Shown: one piece after another, positions 10,151-19,245 of the stretch | Layout of the letters: each line of letters starts with the position of its first letter | Numbering within the stretch: the stretch's first letter is position 1 | NCBI GenBank assembly: GCA_041548485.1 | Contig: JBFESP010000006.1 | Location: forward strand, 19,895-83,894 | DNA: 64,000 nucleotides | Direction: 5' to 3' | Source: Thermoplasmata archaeon | GTDB lineage: Archaea; Thermoplasmatota; Thermoplasmata; UBA10834 | Program-made: the position numbers and the translations under genes | The notes under the pieces: model-generated | Told to the model about the DNA's origin: nothing | Database searches by the model: none | The model's input: the letters and a program-made list of their open reading frames with translations, nothing else

Positions 10151-10666
10151 ATGGGAAAGGTTTTCGAGCGCGAGCTCAAGGGCATTCTGAATGCGAACCG
10201 GGAGATTCTGGCTAGGGTCACGAAGACCTGCAGCCCGGAGGAGAGGTCAGGCTACCAGAAGATCAACGACAAACCGTTCATGGTCATACGGGGTGCGGGG
10301 TCGCTCGGGGTGGACCTTGTAGCCATAAGGGAAGGGCTGTCCCTCCCGATCGAGGTGAAGAGCTCCACGAGCGCTGTGCTTCGGTTCAGCAGGAGCGAGA
10401 AACTAGCCATCCAGGCACAAGAGATGATCGATGGCTGCAAACGGGTTGGGCTGATGCCCATCTACGCTTTCAGACATAAGGGGCAGCGCGGAGACGCCTG
10501 GAGGATATTCACCCTTGAGATAGGGCCGGTCAACGGACGTCTCAGGTTCATCTACGAGCGGCTCCCGAAGATTGAGCCTTCGCGTGAGGGCAACCTCATC
10601 ATGCGCTGGAAGGACGGGATGCCGTTGAGCAAGTTCATCGATTACATCGTATCGATACAGTCGTGA
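10151..10666 (+). CDS. hjc: Holliday junction resolvase Hjc
   Basis: G..FERELK, RGAGSLGVDLVAI, IEVKS (PD-(D/E)XK nuclease). Confidence 0.85.
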   Translation: MGKVFERELKGILNANREILARVTKTCSPEERSGYQKINDKPFMVIRGAGSLGVDLVAIREGLSLPIEVKSSTSAVLRFSRSEKLAIQAQEMIDGCKRVGLMPIYAFRHKGQRGDAWRIFTLEIGPVNGRLRFIYERLPKIEPSREGNLIMRWKDGMPLSKFIDYIVSIQS

Positions 10667-10765
10667 CCGCGACAACGGACGGCCCGAAGGGCATCCTCAC
10701 GGCCGAAAAGATGCGGCGTGGGATACTTATGTGAGTGCTTCCATCCACTGGGAAGAGGGAATGAT

Positions 10766-11305
10766 TTGGGCAAGACAGAAGAGAATCTCAAGGCGGCTCT
10801 GGCTGGGGAGTCCCAGGCTAGGGCCAAGTACATGAAGTGGGCCGGTGCGGCCAAGAAGGAGGGCCACCAGGCCATAGCCAAGATTTTTGAGGAGACGGCG
10901 GACAACGAGTACGAGCATGCCGCCATGATCATGAAGCTGCTTGGCGTGGTCGGAACGACAGAGGAGAACCTGATGGAGGCCGTCAAGGGGGAGACCTACG
11001 AGTGGACGGAGATGTACCCGACCTTCGCCAAGGAGGCGCGGGAGGAAGGGAAGGCCGAGGAGGCGAAGTACTTCGAGCATGTCATCGTAAGCGAGAAACA
11101 CCATGCCAAGAGGTATCAGCTGCTTCTCGACCGCCTGAGGAACGGCACGCTCTACAAGTCCGAGAAGGAGGAGGTGTGGTTCTGCACCAACTGCGGATAT
11201 CTGCACAAGGGGATGGAAGCGCTTGACGAGTGCCCGAACTGCAAGCATCCGAAGGGATACTTCAAGAGGATCTCGGACATCGACTACGGCAGCATAGACA
11301 TCTGA
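10766..11305 (+). CDS. rbr: Rubrerythrin
   Basis: KTEENLKAALAGESQA, ExxH diiron motifs, C-terminal rubredoxin CTNCGY..CPNC. Confidence 0.95.
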   Translation: MGKTEENLKAALAGESQARAKYMKWAGAAKKEGHQAIAKIFEETADNEYEHAAMIMKLLGVVGTTEENLMEAVKGETYEWTEMYPTFAKEAREEGKAEEAKYFEHVIVSEKHHAKRYQLLLDRLRNGTLYKSEKEEVWFCTNCGYLHKGMEALDECPNCKHPKGYFKRISDIDYGSIDI

Positions 11306-11442
11306 CCGCCGAAGCCGACGACGGTTCAAGCGGGTCTGTGAGTCCCGTCCTTCTCGACGTCCAGCACGAGCGTGCTCGCTCAGATTCAGCGGTCGTTGGG
11401 TACGGGGGACGTGTGAGAGGGGCGCCTTGCGGCGCCGATGCC

Positions 11443-11510
11443 GTATCAGCACTCATAGGGCTCATCACAGGGCGTTGCGCCCTCAGCTGACCCTCTTCTC
11501 ATCACTTGCC
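11443..11510 (-). ncRNA. Box C/D 2'-O-methylation guide sRNA (sR-tMet-like, dual guide)
   Basis: Minus strand reads GTGATGA (C, 11505-11499), 12-nt guide, CTGA (D', 11486-11483), hairpin GGGCG-CAA-CGCCC, GTGATGA (C', 11468-11462), 12-nt guide, CTGA (D, 11449-11446). All four boxes are perfect consensus, in an intergenic gap; ends approximate. Confidence 0.92.
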
Positions 11511-11602
11511 CGGAACATCGCGGTTCACGTATATCGGCAGTTCGATGTCAGGGGGTGCCCCGTGGAAACCGATTATATAGTCGGTCTGTCGTGAGTACCG
11601 AC

Positions 11603-12238
11603 GTGGAGCCCATCACCGACAACATCTTGATATTCTTCGGCATCGCCATACTCATCTCCTTCTCAGGAGTCATGATGCCAGGTCCGGTCTTCGCTGCGGC
11701 AGTGGCGAAAGGGTACGAGAACGAGAAGGCCGGGATCAAAGTGGCCCTCGGGCACGGTATCGTCGAGTTCCCACTGATGGCGCTGATCATACTGAGCGTG
11801 GGATACGTATTCACGGACGACCGGGTCATGGCGCTGATCGGTCTCGTCGGTGGAGGACTCCTCATATTCCTTGGAACGTCGATGTTCAGGTCTCGCAAGA
11901 TGGCCATGGACGACGGCGGGGGGATGTTTCCGTACAAACCTCTCGCCGCGGGCGCCATCACAACCTCCGCCAACCCGTACTTCTTCCTGTGGTGGGCCAC
12001 GGTCGGCGCTGTCCTCGTAACGACCGCGATGGAGTTCGGAGTCGTCGTGGTGCTGGTGTTCGCCGTCGTGCACTGGAGCTGCGACCTTGCATGGTACACG
12101 TTCACCACGTTCGCCGTTTTCAGGACGAAGCACCTGTGGACACCGACGGTGCACGAGGTCGTGTTCGGGGCTTGTGGCGCGCTGATGGTCGTGTTCGGCG
12201 TGTACTTCATCCTAGGGCCGGCGAGCGAGATTCTCTGA
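11603..12238 (+). CDS. LysE family translocator
   Basis: SGVMMPGP, ALGHGIVE, SANPYFFLWWATVG; 6 TM; GTG start ~25 nt below TTATATA. Confidence 0.88.
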   Translation: MEPITDNILIFFGIAILISFSGVMMPGPVFAAAVAKGYENEKAGIKVALGHGIVEFPLMALIILSVGYVFTDDRVMALIGLVGGGLLIFLGTSMFRSRKMAMDDGGGMFPYKPLAAGAITTSANPYFFLWWATVGAVLVTTAMEFGVVVVLVFAVVHWSCDLAWYTFTTFAVFRTKHLWTPTVHEVVFGACGALMVVFGVYFILGPASEIL

Positions 12239-12256
12239 CCCTGCGTCTAAGAATGT

Positions 12257-13168
12257 TCAGTCCTGTCTCCCAGCCTCTAGCATCCTCTCAAGAGGGACCC
12301 TCGCCTTAGCGATGACGTCGTCCGACATCTCGACCTTGTGCCGGGATTCGAGAAGCGCGTCACGCACGTTCTCAAGCGTTATCGCTCTCATGTTCGGACA
12401 TACCGCGGCATCGACCGCGTAGAACACCTTCCCAGGAGCCTCCTTCCTGAGCCTGTGGTTCATGTTGGCCTCGGTGCCGATGATGAACTCTCTCCGCGGG
12501 GATGAGACGACATGCCTGATGATCCCCTCTGTGGAGTACGCGAAGTCCGCGAAGTCGATCACATCGGGCGTGCACTCCGGATGCACGAGGACTTCCGCAT
12601 CTGGATGCGTGGATTTCAACTCCTTCAGGTCGTCCACGTGGATGTCCACGTGGGTGGGACAGTATCCTGGCCAGAGCATCAGCTCCTTGTCCTTCACATA
12701 CCGCTGGACATACAAGCCCAGGTTGGAATCGGGCACGAAGATGATCTTCTCGTCCTGGAGCGATCTCACGACCTTGACGGCGTTGGCAGACGTACAACAT
12801 ATGTCGGTCTCGCACTTCACGGCGGCGCTGGTGTTGACGTACGACACGACGGGCACTCCAGGGTTCTCCGCCTTGAAACCTCTCAGCCCCTCGACATCGA
12901 CCATCGCCGCCATCGGACACATCGACTTCAGGTTCGGCAGCAGCACGGTCTTCTTCGGGTTGAGTATCTTCGCCGACTCCGCCATGAAGTCGACCCCGCA
13001 GAACACGATCGTGTCCGCCTCGACCTTCGTTGCCTGGACCGAGAGGCCATAGGAGTCTCCCAGGAAGTCGGATATGTCCTGTACCTCCTTCCGCTGGTAG
13101 TTGTGACCGAGTATGACCGCGCTCCTGTCCTTCTTAAGCTGGAGAATATCTTCCTGAAGGGCGTTCAT
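12257..13168 (-). CDS. nadA: Quinolinate synthase
   Basis: ILGHNYQ, FCGVDFMAE, CPMA, YVNTSA, CPTH, HPEC, CPNM with three Fe-S cysteines. Confidence 0.97.
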   Translation of the reverse strand: MNALQEDILQLKKDRSAVILGHNYQRKEVQDISDFLGDSYGLSVQATKVEADTIVFCGVDFMAESAKILNPKKTVLLPNLKSMCPMAAMVDVEGLRGFKAENPGVPVVSYVNTSAAVKCETDICCTSANAVKVVRSLQDEKIIFVPDSNLGLYVQRYVKDKELMLWPGYCPTHVDIHVDDLKELKSTHPDAEVLVHPECTPDVIDFADFAYSTEGIIRHVVSSPRREFIIGTEANMNHRLRKEAPGKVFYAVDAAVCPNMRAITLENVRDALLESRHKVEMSDDVIAKARVPLERMLEAGRQD

Positions 13169-13446
13169 TGTCTCCGTTCCCCGCCTATCCTAATGGTCGT
13201 ATTAATTACTTCGCGTGGACGACCGATAGGCGACTGGCGTCCGCGGAAGGAAAGGGAGGGGCCGCCAGGATACGCGGCCTGAGCGAGAACCAGTCAGACT
13301 TCCGCCAGAGGCGTCACCTGATTGGACGTGTTCATCGCTGCGCTGTCAAAGCCGCGCGATGTGCGTTATCCAGCATCCGAGTTAGCGATTTATTTTATGT
13401 CAAATAGATTCAAATATGAACCACCCAATTGACAGAGTGGTGTCGG

Positions 13447-13713
13447 ATGAGACCCGGGATAGATCTTAGATACTGCAAGGGATGCAACATCTGCCTGTAC
13501 ATGTGCCCCAAGAAGTGTTTCTCCGCTGGCGCCGACTTGTCCGTTCAAGGTTACTTCCCGGCGGTCGTGACTGCCCCAGAGAAGTGCTTCAACCACGACC
13601 GTACCGAGAAGCTGGTCTGCGAGCTCTGCGTGCTCGCCTGCCCGGACCAGGCGATTTCGTGGGAGCCCGAGCCTGAAGTGAAGGAGGAGAAGGATGCCGA
13701 TCAAACCGGGTGA
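13447..13713 (+). CDS. korD: 2-oxoacid:ferredoxin oxidoreductase delta subunit (2x[4Fe-4S] ferredoxin)
   Basis: CKGCNICLYMCP and C..(insert)..CELCVLACP; first gene of kor cluster. Confidence 0.85.
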   Translation: MRPGIDLRYCKGCNICLYMCPKKCFSAGADLSVQGYFPAVVTAPEKCFNHDRTEKLVCELCVLACPDQAISWEPEPEVKEEKDADQTG

Positions 13714-14824
13714 GTACTTCCTCCAAGGCAACGAGGCGTGCACCGAAGCATCGATCGTGGCAGGTCTGAAGTTCTTCGCGGGATATCCCATCACTCCTTC
13801 CACGGAGATCGCCGAAGGACTCTCCAGCAAGCTCCCTCAGACGGAAGGGGAGTTCATCCAGATGGAGGACGAGATAGCCTGCATATCCGCCGTCATCGGC
13901 GCCTCATGGGGGGGCGCCAAGTCGATGACCGCCACTTCAGGTCCTGGTTTCTCGCTAATGCAGGAGGCGGTCGGGTACGCCGCAATGACGGAGACGCCGG
14001 TAGTCATCGTCAACGTCATGCGCGGAGGACCATCCACGGGCCAGCCCACGAGGGCGTCCCAGGGGGACGTCATGGCTACGAAGTACGGCTCTCACGGCGA
14101 CTACCAGGTCATCGCATTCGCTCCGGCCAGCGTGCAGGAGATGTTCGACCTCACGGTGAAGGCGTTCAACTACTCGGAGAAGTACCGTGTGCCAACCTTC
14201 GTCCTGTCGGACGCCGAGGTCGGCCACATGAGAGGACTTCTGACGGTCCCGAAGGACATCAAGATAGTCAACCGCAAGGAGAAGGGCGTCCGGCGAGCAG
14301 ACGAGGCGTACGACGTTCCGGACGATATGGTCCCCCCGTTCCCCACCTTCGGCAGGGGCCACAAGGCAACCGTGACGGGGATCACGCACACGCCCAAGGC
14401 ACGGGCCGAGCCTGAGGACCAGAGGGTCCACCAGGAGCTGGTCGGGCGGTTGAACGACAAGATATCGGCAAACCGACGCGACATCAACAAGTGGGAGGTC
14501 ATAGGTCCCGACTCGAAGACCATGATAGTCTCCTACGGTTCGGCCTCGTTCGGCGGACGCGAAGTCGCGGCTGGAGACGACAAGGTAGGGCTCCTGAGAC
14601 TCAAGAGTCTATGGCCCCTCCCTGTCGAACCCATCCGGGAGGTGGCGGAGAAGTGCGAACAGCTGCTGGTGTGCGAGATGAACCTCGGACAACTGTTCTG
14701 GGAGATCAAACGAGTCGCCTTGGAGGCTGGGTGTAAGAGGATCGAACTCCTGGCAAAGATCGGGGGAACCCCACCCACACCGGGAGAGGTAAGGCACAAA
14801 CTCAGAGAGATGGGGGTGATCTGA
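13694..14824 (+). CDS. korA: 2-oxoacid:ferredoxin oxidoreductase alpha subunit
   Basis: GYPITPSTE, QMEDE, TATSGPGFSL, RGGPSTG. Confidence 0.93.
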   Translation: MPIKPGEYFLQGNEACTEASIVAGLKFFAGYPITPSTEIAEGLSSKLPQTEGEFIQMEDEIACISAVIGASWGGAKSMTATSGPGFSLMQEAVGYAAMTETPVVIVNVMRGGPSTGQPTRASQGDVMATKYGSHGDYQVIAFAPASVQEMFDLTVKAFNYSEKYRVPTFVLSDAEVGHMRGLLTVPKDIKIVNRKEKGVRRADEAYDVPDDMVPPFPTFGRGHKATVTGITHTPKARAEPEDQRVHQELVGRLNDKISANRRDINKWEVIGPDSKTMIVSYGSASFGGREVAAGDDKVGLLRLKSLWPLPVEPIREVAEKCEQLLVCEMNLGQLFWEIKRVALEAGCKRIELLAKIGGTPPTPGEVRHKLREMGVI

Positions 14825-15642
14825 TGGAGTTGTTCGAATTCTACGATCGGACTCGATGGCCTCACGTCTTCTGCCCGGGCTGCGGGAACGGTACCGTGAT
14901 GAACTGCTTCTTCAGGGCGTTCAACGAGACCGGCTGGAAGCTCGACAACACGGTGTTCGTGAGCGGGATAGGCTGCTCGTCGAGGATCCCGCTGTACATC
15001 AACTCGGATGCCATACACACCACCCATGGCAGGGCGGTCGCGGTCGCAACGGGTCTGAAGCTAGCCCGGCCAGAGTTGGACGTCGTAGTGTTCACCGGAG
15101 ACGGCGACCTCGGTGCGATAGGCGGCAACCACTTCATCAACGGATGCAGAAGAAATGTCGATCTCGACGTCATCTGCATCAACAACAACATCTACGGCAT
15201 GACGGGCGGCCAAGCGTCCATCACGACCCCGCACGACTACATGTCCACGACGACGCCGTTCGGCAACAAGGAATATCCTTTCGACCTAGCTGAGATCGCG
15301 GTCGCCGCGGGAGCGAACTACGTCGCGAGATGGACCACCAGGCACGTCCACGAGCTGACGAAATCGATCAAAGCCTCCCTCGACAAGAAGGGGTTCAACT
15401 TCGTCGAGGTGGTGTCGCAGTGTCCCACCAACTTCGGCAGGAGGAACAACATGGCGGACCCCACTGCCCTCCTGGACTGGTTCAAGGAGAGCTCGGTTCG
15501 GAGGGACAAGGCGCGCGCCGCCGCACTCGACCATGTCGACCTCAACCTCGCGGGACAGATAACGACGGGCGAGTTCGTGTGCAGGGACCGTGAATGCTAC
15601 CACGAACGCAAAGGAGGAAAACCTCATGGAGATAGGCATTAG
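14824..15642 (+). CDS. korB: 2-oxoacid:ferredoxin oxidoreductase beta subunit
   Basis: FCPGCG, SGIGCSSR, GDGD..IGGNH..NN TPP-binding motif, YGMTGGQ. Confidence 0.93.
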   Translation: MELFEFYDRTRWPHVFCPGCGNGTVMNCFFRAFNETGWKLDNTVFVSGIGCSSRIPLYINSDAIHTTHGRAVAVATGLKLARPELDVVVFTGDGDLGAIGGNHFINGCRRNVDLDVICINNNIYGMTGGQASITTPHDYMSTTTPFGNKEYPFDLAEIAVAAGANYVARWTTRHVHELTKSIKASLDKKGFNFVEVVSQCPTNFGRRNNMADPTALLDWFKESSVRRDKARAAALDHVDLNLAGQITTGEFVCRDRECYHERKGGKPHGDRH

Positions 15643-16207
15643 GTTCACGGGATTCGGGGGGCAGGGGGTCATCCTCATGGGGATAGTGCTCGCCAGGGCC
15701 GCGGCGCTGCACGACCAGCCGGTAGGCCCCGACGGCAAGGTGAGGAGGAAGAGCGCCATACAAACGCAGTCCTACGGCCCTTCCGCCAGGGGAGGACATT
15801 CGAAGTGCGACGTGAAGATATCCACCGAGCCGATGCACTACCCGTTCATCGAGATACCCGATTTCCTCGTCGTCATGTCCAGACAGGGATACGACAAGTA
15901 CATCCACGACGTCAAACCCGAAACCAAGATAATCATAGACCCAGACCTCATCAAGGAGAGGCCCAGCGGACACGTCTTCCGAATCAAGGCGACGAAGTCC
16001 GCCGAGGAGCTCGGGACGAGAATCGTTGCCAACGTGGTCATGCTCGGAGCCATGAGGGAGATCTCCAACATCGTGACATACGAGGCACTCGAGAAGGCGA
16101 TGCTCGAGATCGTACCCAGGGCGACCCACGACCTGAATAAGAGCGCCCTCAGCCTGGGGCGCAGGCTCGCTAGAGAGGCCGTCCACGGCGCCGAGGACAA
16201 GGATTAA
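15626..16207 (+). CDS. korC: 2-oxoacid:ferredoxin oxidoreductase gamma subunit
   Basis: GFGGQG, QSYGPSARGG, NVVMLGA; ATG behind GGAGG. Confidence 0.92.
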   Translation: MEIGIRFTGFGGQGVILMGIVLARAAALHDQPVGPDGKVRRKSAIQTQSYGPSARGGHSKCDVKISTEPMHYPFIEIPDFLVVMSRQGYDKYIHDVKPETKIIIDPDLIKERPSGHVFRIKATKSAEELGTRIVANVVMLGAMREISNIVTYEALEKAMLEIVPRATHDLNKSALSLGRRLAREAVHGAEDKD

Positions 16208-16231
16208 GGGCGGATATGCAGATGGAGACCG

Positions 16232-16897
16232 ATGGGGTATGAGGCTATGACGGTGGAGTCAGTCCTGAAGGAGGGGCGGAAGGCCCTCGCGGAGAACGAG
16301 GTGAAGATGCTGCTCCGCGAGTCGGGCATCCCCACCACCGATTTCCAGGTGGTCAGCTCCTATCGCGACATAGAGCAGAAGAAGCTGAAGTTCCCCGTCG
16401 TCATGAAGGTGTGCTCACCCACCATCCTCCACAAGACGGATGTCGGCGGTGTGGTGCTAGACATCCCGAGGGACCAGCTTGAGACCGAGTTCTCGAAGAT
16501 GAGGAAGAAGTTCGAGAAGGAACCGATACTCGTCGAGTCGATGCAGGACAGACGGGTGGAGGTGATTGTCGGGCTCATAAACGACCCGACCTTCGGCCTG
16601 ACGATCATGTTCGGCCTGGGCGGGATCTACACCGAAGTCTACAAGGATGTGACCTTCAGGGTCGTCCCGATAAAGAAGCAGGACGCGGAGGAGATGCTCA
16701 GCGAGATCAAGGCCGCGCCCATACTCGAGGGGTTCCGCAAGATCAAGGTGGACAGGGAGGCCCTGGTGAACCTCCTGCTCAAGGTGTCCTCGCTCGGGAT
16801 GAAACACATGGACCATCTCGACCAGATGGATCTCAACCCCGTCTTCGTCAAGGCGAAAGGTGTCGTCGTTGTGGACGCGAAGATGCTTCTGAAGTAG
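16232..16897 (+). CDS. acdB: ADP-forming acetate/acyl-CoA ligase beta subunit (ATP-grasp)
   Basis: FPVVMKV.SP.ILHKTDVGGV, DPTFG..IMFGLGGI, DLNPV. Confidence 0.92.
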   Translation: MGYEAMTVESVLKEGRKALAENEVKMLLRESGIPTTDFQVVSSYRDIEQKKLKFPVVMKVCSPTILHKTDVGGVVLDIPRDQLETEFSKMRKKFEKEPILVESMQDRRVEVIVGLINDPTFGLTIMFGLGGIYTEVYKDVTFRVVPIKKQDAEEMLSEIKAAPILEGFRKIKVDREALVNLLLKVSSLGMKHMDHLDQMDLNPVFVKAKGVVVVDAKMLLK

Positions 16898-17018
16898 ACG
16901 ACGTATCGGCCTCACGGCGACGCCAGAACCGTCGACCAACAGTTAAATAGAGAGACCTCACGTACTGGCCCTCGCGCATCCTGGCTGCCGCCAGGAGACG
17001 CGGAGAGGCATCTTGGAC

Positions 17019-17420
17019 ATGGGCGACGCCAGAGAGGAAACGGCCAACGGTCACTTTGAGTGCACCGAGGCCGAGCGAGCGGCCTTCGAGGCCGGAATCA
17101 AGATGGGGACGATCTACCACCAGTTCGTCGGAGTACCCGTGAGCTCCGACAGCGTCGAGACGCTGGAGAGGGCCATGGAGGCTGGGTGCAGCGTCCAGCC
17201 GTTCGTCGAGAGCGTCAAGGTGAGGATCGACAGGAAGAAACTGAAGAGCAAGCGCGGGCAGTTCGACTACGTCTCCCTCACGGGTGAGATGCTGGGCGTC
17301 GACCTCGTGGTCGCATACAAGGGATCTCGCGTGGAGGCGCAGATGAAGTACATCGAGGAAATGGACTATCCCTTGATGTTCATCAGGCATGTGGAGAGGG
17401 GACAGCCGGAACATGCGTGA
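17019..17420 (+). CDS. mptD: Archaeal dihydroneopterin aldolase MptD
   Basis: ERAAFEAGIKMGTIYHQFVGVPV, QPFVE, YVSLTGEML, DYPLM. Confidence 0.85.
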   Translation: MGDAREETANGHFECTEAERAAFEAGIKMGTIYHQFVGVPVSSDSVETLERAMEAGCSVQPFVESVKVRIDRKKLKSKRGQFDYVSLTGEMLGVDLVVAYKGSRVEAQMKYIEEMDYPLMFIRHVERGQPEHA

Positions 17421-17529
17421 GACCCGTCCGAAGCCAGCGCCAGGAGAGACCCCCAGTGAAGATTTATGATATGCGTTATATATTTGAAAAGCCATACCCG
17501 GGCCAGCATTTCAAGCATTAGGTGAACCC

Positions 17530-18075
17530 ATGGCGAGAGGTATCAAGGTAGGCATAACTGGACTCCCTGGAGCGGGAAAGACCCAGGCCCTCGTCAAGGT
17601 CATCGAGATGCTGGAAGAGGAGGGGTTGGTGGTCGGCGGCATGATCACCGAGCCGATCATGGAGAACGGCAAGCGAGTCGGCTTCTACGTGATGGACTGG
17701 AAGACCAAGAAGAAGGCTGTGTTCGCGCACATAGACACCGAATCCAAGTTCTACGTCGGCAAGTACGGCGTCAACCTGGAATCCCTGGACACGGTTGGCG
17801 TCGAGGCGTTGGTGGACTCCAGCAGGAACGCCGACGTCATAGTGATAGACGAAGTGGGCAAGATGGAGGTCGAGTCGGAGCAGTTCGTGAAGGCCGTCAA
17901 GAACGCGATGGAGGTCGACAAGCCCATGATCCTGACACTCCACAAGAAATCCAGGAACCCGCTGCTCCAGGACATACGTCGCAGGGACGACGTCCGCATC
18001 CTGGAGGTCACCCCGATCAACAGGAACCTCCTGCCCTACAAGATCATCAAGCTGATGAAGGGCGAGTACCTTTGA
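17530..18075 (+). CDS. THEP1-type nucleoside triphosphatase
   Basis: ITGLPGAGKT Walker A, VGKYGV, VIDEVGKME. Confidence 0.92.
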   Translation: MARGIKVGITGLPGAGKTQALVKVIEMLEEEGLVVGGMITEPIMENGKRVGFYVMDWKTKKKAVFAHIDTESKFYVGKYGVNLESLDTVGVEALVDSSRNADVIVIDEVGKMEVESEQFVKAVKNAMEVDKPMILTLHKKSRNPLLQDIRRRDDVRILEVTPINRNLLPYKIIKLMKGEYL

Positions 18076-19205
18076 AACATGCTGAGATACGTGAGGGGTC
18101 GACCAGGCTGCTCGTCCCTTCGGGCTTCTGCGAGAAGGGACCTGGCAGGAACACTGGAGAGGTGTTCTACAACAGGCAGATGGAATTCGGTAGAGATGTC
18201 TCGGTGATGCTCAGTAGCGTGCTTCTCGATAGAAGATGTCGGGCGCTCGACGGGTTGGCGGCCACGGGGGCTCGAGGAATCAGAATGGCGAACGAGGGCG
18301 GTTCTGGGGCCGTGTTCTTGCTCAACGACAGGAACGAAGAAGCTTTCCGTCTGATGGAGAAGAACATCGAGCTTAACGAGCTGGACTCGAACGTGACAGT
18401 GCGGTGCAGGGACGTTAGGGCGCTCCTGGCGGAGGAACAGTTCGACTACATCGACATCGACCCGTTCGGGACGCCCGTCGATTTCATCGATGCTGCGGTC
18501 CAGGGTTGCAGGACCGGCGGAATCGTCGCGGTGACCGCCACGGACACCGCCCCTTTGTGCGGGACATATCCTAAGACCTCCTCCAGGAGGTACGGTGCGA
18601 GATCCCTCAGGAGCAACTTCTCCCATGAGACCGGACTGCGAATACTCATCGGCTACCTGGCAAGAGAGGCCGCGAAGCACGACCGCGGGTGCGAGCCAGT
18701 GCTGTGCTACAGCGCAGACCACTACCTGCGATGTCACGTCAGAATCGCGAAGGGGGCTAGGAAGGCGGACGACAGCCTAGGCAAGCTGGGATACGCGTCG
18801 TACGACCCGAAGAGCCTGGCGAGAGAGGTTGTGAGCGAGCGGCCGGCCGAGGGTCTCGCTTTCGCGGGTCCGCTGTGGACAGGGGAGCTCCACGACGGTG
18901 ACACGCTGAGGGCGCTCACGCCGGCGGACGACATGGGAACGAAGCGACGGTCCGACAAGATGCTGAGGTTGTGGCTGGGGGAGGTGGGCGCACCTCCGCT
19001 GCATTTCGTCGTGGACGAGCTGGCACAGAGGACACGATCCGAGCCGCCAAGGATGACGACTCTCATCGACAGGATTCGCGAGACGGGGGCCATTGCGGTC
19101 CCCACGCATTTCAATCCCAAGGGTTTCAAGACGGACCTGCCTCTCGACGATATCATCCGACTGTTCTCTGGAACGGGAGGGCGGACCGAGGCACCTCGAA
19201 ATTGA
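18072..19205 (+). CDS. trm1: tRNA (guanine-26-N2)-dimethyltransferase
   Basis: VFYNRQMEFGRD, ATGARGIR, DIDPFGTP, VTATDTAPL, ETGLRIL, THF.PKGFKTD. Confidence 0.95.
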   Translation: MKHAEIREGSTRLLVPSGFCEKGPGRNTGEVFYNRQMEFGRDVSVMLSSVLLDRRCRALDGLAATGARGIRMANEGGSGAVFLLNDRNEEAFRLMEKNIELNELDSNVTVRCRDVRALLAEEQFDYIDIDPFGTPVDFIDAAVQGCRTGGIVAVTATDTAPLCGTYPKTSSRRYGARSLRSNFSHETGLRILIGYLAREAAKHDRGCEPVLCYSADHYLRCHVRIAKGARKADDSLGKLGYASYDPKSLAREVVSERPAEGLAFAGPLWTGELHDGDTLRALTPADDMGTKRRSDKMLRLWLGEVGAPPLHFVVDELAQRTRSEPPRMTTLIDRIRETGAIAVPTHFNPKGFKTDLPLDDIIRLFSGTGGRTEAPRN

Positions 19206-19245
19206 AAGCTTTAATATCACGCCTGGCCATGACCAGACCGATACA

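Noticed and set aside
13232..13295. Riboswitch-like fold GACTGG/CCAGTC with inner GGCCGC/GCGGCC
   Set aside because: It lies between two divergent promoters, outside either likely transcript; short GC stems can arise by chance
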